Positions 19,401-27,009 of a stretch of DNA of 64,000 nucleotides are shown one piece after another. The DNA comes from Candidatus Poribacteria bacterium (lineage in GTDB: Bacteria; Poribacteria; WGA-4E; PCPOR2b): the NCBI GenBank assembly GCA_965208675.1, contig OZ242351.1, positions 3,656,387-3,720,386 of the forward strand, read 5' to 3'. Numbering within the stretch: the first letter of the stretch is position 1; the number at the start of each line of letters is the position of its first letter. The translations under genes and the position numbers were made by a program. Below the pieces are notes generated by a model. The model was not told the origin of the DNA. It did not search any database and saw only the letters and a program-made list of their open reading frames with translations.

Positions 19401-19556
19401 AGTGAGCCAGCAGGATTCACCGTCCTGGTGCGTGCAATGCGTGCCAAACACCCAGGTGTCGTTTTCGCCCGAGCCGCTGCAACCGGTGAGGTCGATCCGC
19501 TTACTGATGTGGACAGCCGTCTTTTCGTCGGGCTACCTGTATCAACTGAGGAGTGA
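16437..19556 (+). CDS. Single-chain fused beta/beta' (RpoB-core plus RpoC-core) minimal RNA polymerase-like protein
   Basis: 1039 aa. It carries the RpoB blocks in order: [108 protein letters not shown] and [17 protein letters not shown]. These are followed by the RpoC blocks: [56 protein letters not shown] and [22 protein letters not shown]. The flap, lineage insertions and trigger-loop region are missing. The ORF-track version (16317) is extended upstream through a repeat-containing spacer. Confidence 0.8.
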   Translation: [1039 protein letters not shown]

Positions 19557-19593
19557 TTCATTATCTCGAACACACACATTATCCCTGATACAG

Positions 19594-20400
19594 TCATTCA
19601 TCAAAGACTTCGCTGCCGATTGAGCCGCCGGCATTCATCGCCAAGTTGCCGCCGTCCATCGGAATTATCGCACCGGTAATCCATGAGGACGCATCCGATG
19701 CGAGAAACACGGTTAGACCGCGGATGTCGTCAGGACTCCCGAATCGACCCATTGGAATGCCGCTGAGGAACCGATCCCTAATTCGCGGATCAGCGTCGAT
19801 GCGTTTCTGCAAATCTGGGTTTAATACTTGTGCGGGTAAAATCGCATTGACTCGCACACCGCGCCCCGACCATTCGGTGCTCAGCTCACGTGTCATCTGA
19901 ACAACCGCACCCATCGCCATGCTGTATGCGATGTGCCCGCGGCCCATACCCGTGATGCTTGCCAAAGAACCGAGACTTACGATGCTCCCACTTCCAGCAG
20001 TAAGCATCCGCCGCCCGGCTTCCTGACAACAACAGAATCTGCCATAGACAAGGTTGCGCCAAGTCTGTTCAACGTCTTCTAATGAGATAACCTCCGGTTT
20101 TGATCGGGTCGCTTCGCCCGCGACATTACCTAGAAAATCGATCCGACCAAATTCCTCGTCCACTCGTGCAAACATGGCGCGGATTTGATCCGGACGCGAT
20201 ACGTCACAATCAACAGCGATGGCACGGCGTCCCATCGCCTTGATTTCTCTAGCAGTTTTCCCCGCACCAGCCAAGTCAATATCTGCAAGCATCAAGTCCG
20301 CCCCCGCTTCTGCCAAAGCTAACGACATCGCACGACCCATGCCACTAGCCGCTCCCGATACAACTGCAACTCGTCCGGCAAGATTGAACATCTCCGTCAC
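19594..20400 (-). CDS. SDR-family oxidoreductase (short-chain dehydrogenase/reductase)
   Basis: 268 aa. N-terminal VAVVSGAASGMGRAMSLALAEAGADLML (TGxxxGxG-type NAD(P) site). NVAG and YxxxK-type core. Confidence 0.85.
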   Translation of the reverse strand: MTEMFNLAGRVAVVSGAASGMGRAMSLALAEAGADLMLADIDLAGAGKTAREIKAMGRRAIAVDCDVSRPDQIRAMFARVDEEFGRIDFLGNVAGEATRSKPEVISLEDVEQTWRNLVYGRFCCCQEAGRRMLTAGSGSIVSLGSLASITGMGRGHIAYSMAMGAVVQMTRELSTEWSGRGVRVNAILPAQVLNPDLQKRIDADPRIRDRFLSGIPMGRFGSPDDIRGLTVFLASDASSWITGAIIPMDGGNLAMNAGGSIGSEVFDE

Positions 20401-20541
20401 AATCCCCTCTCTGTCTTCATTTTAAATCCAATTACGCTCTCATAGTTGGTGACCGGGATTGAAGCCCTTCTATTTCGTGATGCCTTGGCGCGGGTTCAAC
20501 TCTTTAATCGCTAACACATTTTACACACCGCGCCAAGTGTG

Positions 20542-20859
20542 TCAAGATGAGAAATTCAGGATTAACAAAAAAGACCTCAAGCATGCGTCATTGAGATTGG
20601 CAGCTGTTTTTACGTGTTGACTCTTTCTTTTCCAATCAACGATTCGAGTTTTTTCTGCAACTGGAAAGTCCTTTCGAACTTCTATGTCCGCTGCTTCTAT
20701 CGTCTCTCGTAGGGCTCGATTTGCCTGAACGGCGCCGGCTCCATTGCCTTGTACCTGCTTCTCAAAAAAGATTGTAAACGACGCCGCTTCGACAAATTCA
20801 TACCGCCGGCCGCACACGGTTCTCTGTTCAAATTTATCCCCGGCAAGTGCGAATTTCAC
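20542..20859 (-). CDS. Hypothetical protein
   Basis: 105-aa ORF in an otherwise gene-free gap. No recognisable motif. Confidence 0.3.
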   Translation of the reverse strand: MKFALAGDKFEQRTVCGRRYEFVEAASFTIFFEKQVQGNGAGAVQANRALRETIEAADIEVRKDFPVAEKTRIVDWKRKSQHVKTAANLNDACLRSFLLILNFSS

Positions 20860-20933
20860 CGAATTAAACTATTCTCTTTCACTTTCGGTCTATAAGTAAC
20901 GAAAATTCAACTCAAACGCCTGGAGGACTTACT

Positions 20934-21329
20934 ATGCACAGCCAGTTTGACTGGCCCCTTAGACCAGCCGATCTGAATACATCAACGACGCAGGCGCTTC
21001 CACTTATGTCAATGGCAGAAAACCTTTTGAAAGAAGCAACGCTTAAGGCGTCCGGGCGGTCCGCGCTGACATTAGCCCGCGGCGATGAGCTTACGGTGGT
21101 ATTGACCGTACTCAAAGCTGGACATAAACTCGCCGAGCATCCTGCGCCAGCCGCAGCCGCTGTCACTTGCCTCGGCGGAAACATCTCGTTTAATACTGAC
21201 GCTGAAAGAATTACGCTAGAGCAAGGCGAGGCGGTTGTTTTTACCGCCGATGTCCTTCACTCTGTTTACGCCAACGAGGACAGTGTGTTTTTAATCGTTA
21301 TTGGCGGCGCAGAGGCTAAACACAACTAG
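20934..21329 (+). CDS. Cupin-domain protein
   Basis: 131 aa. C-terminal beta-barrel motifs GGNISFNTDAERITLEQGEAVVFTADVLHSVYANEDSVFLIVIGG (G(X)5HXH-like/cupin motif 2). Confidence 0.55.
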   Translation: MHSQFDWPLRPADLNTSTTQALPLMSMAENLLKEATLKASGRSALTLARGDELTVVLTVLKAGHKLAEHPAPAAAAVTCLGGNISFNTDAERITLEQGEAVVFTADVLHSVYANEDSVFLIVIGGAEAKHN

Positions 21330-21513
21330 GGCGGCAAATAGCGGATTTTCTTCGATAACCATAGACCGTTATGATGCGCTTAACCATTTCTCAAATTACT
21401 CGCCTTTTCCTGATTGTCATCGCAATTTGCCCGCAGAAATTTGCCGCGGCAAAAGCGGTCCATTCAGTTTGGTTGGCCTGAATGCGTAGGGACGCTGCGT
21501 CTCCGGCTGCTGG

Positions 21514-22674
21514 TCAGATTTTGGCGCTGTGGGCACGTAGATACCGCGCCACCTCAACACGGTCTTCGTGTTCTGCCCATGCAAGCGGGGATAGGTGATG
21601 AGCACCGTCTTTATGATTTAGGTTTGCACCTCGCTCTGCGAGAAGCATGGCTACCGCGAGATGGCCCTTGAACGCCGAAAAGTGGAGCGGCATCCACACT
21701 GCACCTAATCCGGGCGGCATCGCATCTACTCCCGCGCCTCGGTCAATCAGCAAGGCGGCAACCTCCGCACGACCATTCAAACTGGCAATACACAATGCTT
21801 CATCAAGAATCTCTTGCGGTTCGTCCGACCGAGACTTCTCTTCAAACCAGCCGATGTCGCCGAGGTTCGGTCGATCAGATGCCGCCTCCGGCTTCAGGGT
21901 TCCATCTTCAGCAAAGTAAGACTTAACCAAGTCAATGCCGCCGCCGCCCGCCGCCATCCAAAAGCTACACGGCGATATACCACGCTCAATCCAAAAATCG
22001 ACAGTATCCCGATTCCCGTGCAACATGGCCGATTTTATCTGCCAAATGGCAGGAGATTCGTCCGAGCGTAACGCGCCGGTTTCGATGAGGAGTTGGACAG
22101 CTTCTAGATTGTTTGCCCAAAACACTTTTTCCATTCGAGCCCCCGCCCCAATAAGGGCGCGCATTATGGGAAGTCGAGTGTCGGTGGAGATGCCTTCGAT
22201 CGAGGCGGCGTATTCTAGAAGTGTGATATAGTCCTCAGATACCTCTGGCACCTTTATCATCGCGTTGACAATGGAGGGGTCATGTGTTAACAGTTCTCTC
22301 AGTGTGTCTGAATCGCCTTTCCGGACGGCTTCAAACGCTGCACTCAAGGTTTCGTCGGTGCGCTCCGTAGGGTCGGCTCCGAGCATGATTGCACGTTCCA
22401 CGAGTTTCGCCCAACTCCTAAAACCCCTTTCACGCGCAATCACGAGTTGCGCCTCTTTTAATGACAGGTCAAACGCGCGGATTTGTTCATCTTTTGCGCC
22501 CGGGAAAAGCGGATGGTATTCCCGAAGGCGATGAACAGCCCAACGCAAACCAGATTGATGCGCCTTCAATAGAGTTCGCGCTAGTCTGTGGTAGTAGGCG
22601 CCGCCATTCCCCCATCCCCACAGCATATGGTCGCGCGGGTCTCGCGTGGAGTGCTCGATCAAGTTCACAGTCAT
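21514..22674 (-). CDS. Ankyrin-repeat protein
   Basis: 386 aa. Several 33-aa ANK-like units in the C-terminal two thirds (...LHFSAFKGHLAVAMLLAERGANLNHKDGAHHLSPLAWAEHEDRVEVARYL...). Confidence 0.7.
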   Translation of the reverse strand: MTVNLIEHSTRDPRDHMLWGWGNGGAYYHRLARTLLKAHQSGLRWAVHRLREYHPLFPGAKDEQIRAFDLSLKEAQLVIARERGFRSWAKLVERAIMLGADPTERTDETLSAAFEAVRKGDSDTLRELLTHDPSIVNAMIKVPEVSEDYITLLEYAASIEGISTDTRLPIMRALIGAGARMEKVFWANNLEAVQLLIETGALRSDESPAIWQIKSAMLHGNRDTVDFWIERGISPCSFWMAAGGGGIDLVKSYFAEDGTLKPEAASDRPNLGDIGWFEEKSRSDEPQEILDEALCIASLNGRAEVAALLIDRGAGVDAMPPGLGAVWMPLHFSAFKGHLAVAMLLAERGANLNHKDGAHHLSPLAWAEHEDRVEVARYLRAHSAKI

Positions 22675-22760
22675 TGATTAAAATTGTCCTCGTAAATCTT
22701 ATGGGCTAGTAAACTATTGGCTTATTTCAATCTTCATTTCTTAGACGTTCCTACCCCATT

Positions 22761-23987
22761 TTATAAGATCTTCGGTAGGTTGCAATTTTTGGTTGGAGTA
22801 ACTATTATTGCCGCTGTAATGACAGTTCCGACAACGCCGATTGGCCAGAACCCACCGACTAAATCGACCGCCCAACCGAGCAACGGCGCAAGAACAACTG
22901 TCGCCGCCGATTTGGACTGCGATTCAATCGAAAGCACTGTTGCGGTCATATCCGGCGTGGAATGGGCGTTGAATCGGCTAATCAAAACCGGGCGCCAGAA
23001 ATTCTCAAGGACGGCTAACGCCACGAATAGGCAAATAATCGCGGGATACAAGCCGAACCACAGCGACGGAATCAACATGGCGAACACTGCGCCGTTAATC
23101 CACCACAAAAAACGCGCCGCACTGTCATCGCTGCCCCGCCAATCGGCAATTTTGTGCGAATTGCGTGACGCGAGTGAAGACAGAAAGTAGAGTGCAAAAT
23201 AAACGCCCGCTACCAGTATCGCTGTGCGCTTATCTGCATCAAATGCCAAAAGCAACGGTATTGCTATCGCTGTCTGCTTGAGAATGGGTTGGAGATAGTC
23301 CTTGCATGCCTTGTACATCCCTTCAAACCCCATTGATTCGAGGTTAAGTCGACGGAGCGGGGCGGATTGGAGGAGCTGTTTCAGGGCTTTGCCGAGAACG
23401 ATGAAAACCGCTTTGAGTGAAACCTGACTTTTCCGATCGCCGTCCAGTTGCACCGGATAACCCAAAAAGTTGATGATATTCAAGGCGTAGGGAATGACTG
23501 AGAACCAAAAGATGTCCGTAAAGTTGCCTCGGTAAAAGACCAACGCGCCGGCAATCAGCACTGAGATTGCAGATCCCATTTGTGACCACGAGCGCGTGTA
23601 ACCGTAAACTTTCGTTTTCTCGTCCGACCGCCCTTCAATCCGCAGCCAATCAAAAATCATCGCCTTATGCGTTCCGCTGCGAAACGCCTCGCCTAGACCG
23701 AAGAAGAACATGCCTCCGAATAACGGTGCGACCGAGTTGCTCAACGCAAACGTCACAAAGGACGTGATGTATGCAGAGAACGCGAAAATCATTGCGCGGC
23801 GGCGGCCGTAGAGGTCCGCTGCTGCGCCAGACGGCACTTCAAACACATTGGTTACGACCTCACGGAACCCGATCAAGATGCCAATCTGAAAAAATGAAAG
23901 CCCCTTCTCGCGAAATGCGAGAATCAGGAACGGGTCATAGTAGCGTTGATTCTTGAGCGCACCGTAGAGTGAAAAACGAAACAGCAT
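22761..23987 (-). CDS. MFS transporter
   Basis: 408 aa. About 12 predicted TM helices. MFS-type loop motifs such as GRRRAMIFAFS and GPLLGG-like. Confidence 0.75.
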   Translation of the reverse strand: MLFRFSLYGALKNQRYYDPFLILAFREKGLSFFQIGILIGFREVVTNVFEVPSGAAADLYGRRRAMIFAFSAYITSFVTFALSNSVAPLFGGMFFFGLGEAFRSGTHKAMIFDWLRIEGRSDEKTKVYGYTRSWSQMGSAISVLIAGALVFYRGNFTDIFWFSVIPYALNIINFLGYPVQLDGDRKSQVSLKAVFIVLGKALKQLLQSAPLRRLNLESMGFEGMYKACKDYLQPILKQTAIAIPLLLAFDADKRTAILVAGVYFALYFLSSLASRNSHKIADWRGSDDSAARFLWWINGAVFAMLIPSLWFGLYPAIICLFVALAVLENFWRPVLISRFNAHSTPDMTATVLSIESQSKSAATVVLAPLLGWAVDLVGGFWPIGVVGTVITAAIIVTPTKNCNLPKIL

Positions 23988-24053
23988 CAGTACCCGCCCC
24001 CCTCCTTGCCTGAAGCGTCAAATCCTCTGTCCAACCCGCGTCCCTGTGTATAT

Positions 24054-24081
24054 ATTATAACGTGAGTTTGACCGCAATCAA
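24054..24081 (-). promoter_or_regulatory. Candidate sigma-70 promoter for the MFS gene (TTGATT-N16-TATAAT)
   Basis: Minus strand has TATAAT at 24059..24054 and TTGATT at 24081..24076. About 60-nt leader to ATG 23987. Confidence 0.3.
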
Positions 24082-24516
24082 ACACAAGTTTCTATTGCCT
24101 GAATCGCGAATTACAGCCATCTACACGCATTCAAAAATTCTCCTTATAAAGTTTATAGTTACCCACAGGTCCAAAAAAGTGAGGGTGATAATAAGCGGCG
24201 CGCGATGGTTCAAATGCCTCTTCCACAGTGGGTAATCATTTTCGGTTCGCTCAAATTTCATTCCCCCGTACATTCAGCACACGCTTGGAACAATTGCCGA
24301 ATCGCGACATGACAAATAAATGTATACTAGTGATACGTTAAAATTTCAAGGGTTCTTTGGCTCCCATTTCCCCAAGGTCTCCCGATTGAAATATTCTCAT
24401 CCTTGTCAGCCTCGTCGCTATCCCTCGGCGCGGGCGGCGCATTTAACCCATTGTCATTCCGGTCTCTTACCCATGTGAATTCGACGCCAACCTTGAACGC
24501 TCTAGACCTCCACGAA

Positions 24517-24534
24517 ACCGTGAAATTTCACAGT
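24517..24534. promoter_or_regulatory. Near-perfect 18-bp palindrome ACCGTGAAA/TTTCACAGT (inverted ACTGTGAAA half-sites)
   Basis: Read from sequence. Shares the ACTGTGAAA unit with the tandem copy at 24637-24654 and the single copy at 24985-24993. Confidence 0.5.
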
Positions 24535-24636
24535 AAGGATGGCCGGTCAATGGGAAAATGACTGATAGAAATGCAGTTCCAGACTGGATTTAACGCCTCC
24601 AAAATCATGTTTCAATGTCCGGGTCCGTGTCAATTT

Positions 24637-24654
24637 ACTGTGAAAACTGTGAAA
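24637..24654 (+). repeat. Directly abutting tandem ACTGTGAAA ACTGTGAAA
   Basis: Read from sequence. Belongs to the motif array in the 24.0-25.1 kb non-coding region. Confidence 0.6.
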
Positions 24655-25028
24655 TGTAAATTTGCCGTTCAATAAGTTTTTCCATGACAAACCGCGTTTG
24701 CGCAACCATGTTCTCCTATGCGTCTCGGTGTATGTGAATGACGCGCAGATTCGTTTGTCACGAGAATCATTGAGCAAAGAAGGACGGAACAAATTATCTA
24801 GGGCGAAGGCGAAATCTCGCATCAGAACGGGATTCCGTTCAAAGGAAGGGTTGTACAGTTCTGAGTTGGGCGTTCAATGACATGAAATTGTCAATGTGTG
24901 GCGTAAATATATCAGTCATGGTATGATGCCCCGCCCCTTTTTTGCCGAAAAAAAATCCACAACCTAATCGGTTTGTTGTGAATCACTGTGAAACCTTTTG
25001 AAATGGTGATAATCGGATTTACCGCTTT

Positions 25029-25056
25029 TACTCATTACTCATTACGCTATACTCAT
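25029..25056 (+). repeat. Heptamer tandem repeat TACTCAT x2, degenerate TACGCTA, TACTCAT
   Basis: Read from sequence. Lies 60 nt 3' of the AAA ATPase gene. Confidence 0.6.
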
Positions 25057-25115
25057 AACCCTTTTCGCGTCACTCCTGCGAGCATTTTTAGGTTTTTCAA
25101 AAACGTGTTTGCGGC

Positions 25116-26792
25116 TCAATTGAGTAATCCGCCAACCCCCGTCTGTTCTAACTTATGAATCCCCGCTATCCATTCCTGCCGCATTTGTGGGGAATAATCT
25201 TGAGGAAGCAATGACCTTATGGTGCAATTTGCTAGGGCTTGCAGTGTTTGATATTGCCTGACTGGTCCGATATTCGGGAGAATGCGATCGTCCGCGATTT
25301 CAAGAATCTGATCGAACGATAGCGAACCGTCTTTGGCGGCTGCGCTAAGGTCAGAACGGAGTGAAGCGAAACTTGCCGCGGAATAGCCTTCTGTAGCTTG
25401 GAGCAACTTATCCATGAACGAATCACTAATTGTTTCGTTGATAATGTCCCGCACTGTCCACCTGATAAACGCTTCCCGATCCCTTCCTTCAGGATCAAGC
25501 ACCGGTATAATCATGTCGCCGACTCTTCCCTCTCGCCGCAAGTCCGGTGATAGATTGTAAATTCTAGCGGTCATCAGCAACCACGTAATGTTGCCCTTGA
25601 GTTGGGGGTCTGACATCATCGCCTGTATCCTTCCAGTCAGTCGCCGCTCGGTGGCATGCGATTCTCGTCCGATTTCACCGAATTGCGTGTCCGCCTCATC
25701 CACGAAAATCATGACTTTAACCAGAGCCGCCAATAAACGCCGGAGACGCTCAAAGATGACATCCGTTTGCCCAAACCACATACTCCTGATGTTTTTTAAA
25801 ACTAAAACAGGAATATCCAAGTCGCCAGCAAGTCCCTCGAAAATAAACGTCTTCCCGCTTCCAATCGGACCGCACACCGCCGTGCCCGAGATTGCATCCG
25901 CTCCAGTTGACGTGATGCGAGGTAACAGTTTGGTCTGAATGAAGGAGACCAACCGCTCATTTCCGACCACTGCTTTCAAGCCGTGCGCTGGTTTTTTGAA
26001 TTCGACGACATCTTCACCCAACTGGCCCTCAATAAAGTTGGAAACTTTCTCTATGACATCGCCCGGCTGAAGTTTATTTCCTGAGTAGAGCCCCATTATC
26101 AGAAGTTGCCGCAGCGCATGGGTGGAAATCCCCGCTGTCAGTGTAGCAAGTTGCTCCTGTGTTCCCCAGAGTCTCAACCGCTTCTCTTTAGGTTTCTGAA
26201 TCCGATTAAACCAAAAAATGAAATGTCGTCGTTCTTCGACGCCGGGCGACGGGATTTCAACGGTCGCGATTTGAGGTAACTGGGTGATTCTGGAGTTCAA
26301 CAAGCTTTTGGATTCCGCGATAAATATGACCGTGTCCTCCCCACTCATGAAATCAGGGTCAAGAATCCAATCTTGGACAATGCTGACTCGATGCCTATCC
26401 GCTTGGGACAGACTCTGAATTTCACCTACTGGAAGCAACATGTCAGCCGCTTCAATTATTATCACTAGCCTTTCGCTAAGCAAAATATTGCCACGTGATT
26501 CCACTGATCTCGACAACAAACATAATTGCCGGAGAAATTCGAGGGCGACCGTTGGGTGCCCAATAGAATCATTCAGATTTGCGTCAAATTGCTCCTGCGC
26601 GGATTTTACGGGTTTATCTGGGATAAGATAGTCAAAGGTGTTTCTGGACAGAGGGTTTTGATCTGAATCTTGCCGCCACAATCCGAAGGATTTTTTAAGT
26701 TTTTCCCTGTCGCTGACTCTCAAAAACCTGATGGGACCATTGAGTTCATAAACCATAAGGATAAACCCTGGCACATCCCAGGTCTTCGTCAA
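25116..26792 (-). CDS. Classical-clade AAA ATPase with a ~330-aa N-terminal domain of unknown function
   Basis: Walker A VCGPIGSGKTF. Walker B MIFVDEAD. Second region of homology LLMTARIYNLSPDLRREGRVGDMI. AAA lid TEGYSAASFASLRSDLSAAAKDG (cf. FtsH/Vps4-type TPGFSGADL...). The ORF-track start is TTG, and the frame stays open a further 70 codons upstream to 27002, so the N-terminus is probably longer (see findings). Confidence 0.7.
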   Translation of the reverse strand: MTKTWDVPGFILMVYELNGPIRFLRVSDREKLKKSFGLWRQDSDQNPLSRNTFDYLIPDKPVKSAQEQFDANLNDSIGHPTVALEFLRQLCLLSRSVESRGNILLSERLVIIIEAADMLLPVGEIQSLSQADRHRVSIVQDWILDPDFMSGEDTVIFIAESKSLLNSRITQLPQIATVEIPSPGVEERRHFIFWFNRIQKPKEKRLRLWGTQEQLATLTAGISTHALRQLLIMGLYSGNKLQPGDVIEKVSNFIEGQLGEDVVEFKKPAHGLKAVVGNERLVSFIQTKLLPRITSTGADAISGTAVCGPIGSGKTFIFEGLAGDLDIPVLVLKNIRSMWFGQTDVIFERLRRLLAALVKVMIFVDEADTQFGEIGRESHATERRLTGRIQAMMSDPQLKGNITWLLMTARIYNLSPDLRREGRVGDMIIPVLDPEGRDREAFIRWTVRDIINETISDSFMDKLLQATEGYSAASFASLRSDLSAAAKDGSLSFDQILEIADDRILPNIGPVRQYQTLQALANCTIRSLLPQDYSPQMRQEWIAGIHKLEQTGVGGLLN

Positions 26793-27009
26793 AAGTGAAA
26801 CTAGCGGAACATAATCCCCCTCGTTTTTGGCTTTAGCGCAATAGAAAAGATCGTGATTGTTTCCTGCAAGTATAAGAGTTCTCGACGTTCCTGCGTTGAT
26901 TATCGTTCCCGTTTGAGATAGAAACTCATATTTCGGCTTTTTGACGGCTATTTGTCGACACCTCCATCTCTCTTTACTATATGGCGTCTGCCAAAAGAAA
27001 CTCTAAAAT

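Noticed and set aside
24517-24534. Possible CRP/FNR-type site (GTGA...TCAC)
   Set aside because: The half-sites are separated by 4 nt (GTGA-AATT-TCAC) rather than the 6 nt of TGTGA-N6-TCACA. It is a palindromic operator of some kind but not a canonical CRP box.
24547-24880. ORFs 24547-24822 (minus) and 24662-24880 (plus) in the 1.1-kb gap
   Set aside because: They overlap each other. Products are basic (Arg/Lys/Ser-rich) and low-complexity with no start-site support. The region is more parsimoniously non-coding and regulatory.
16381-25056. CRISPR array or mobile element signatures (heptamer repeats at 16381-16408 and 25029-25056)
   Set aside because: Repeats are 7-nt microsatellites with no spacers, no cas genes, no integrase or transposase, and no flanking direct repeats anywhere in the window.
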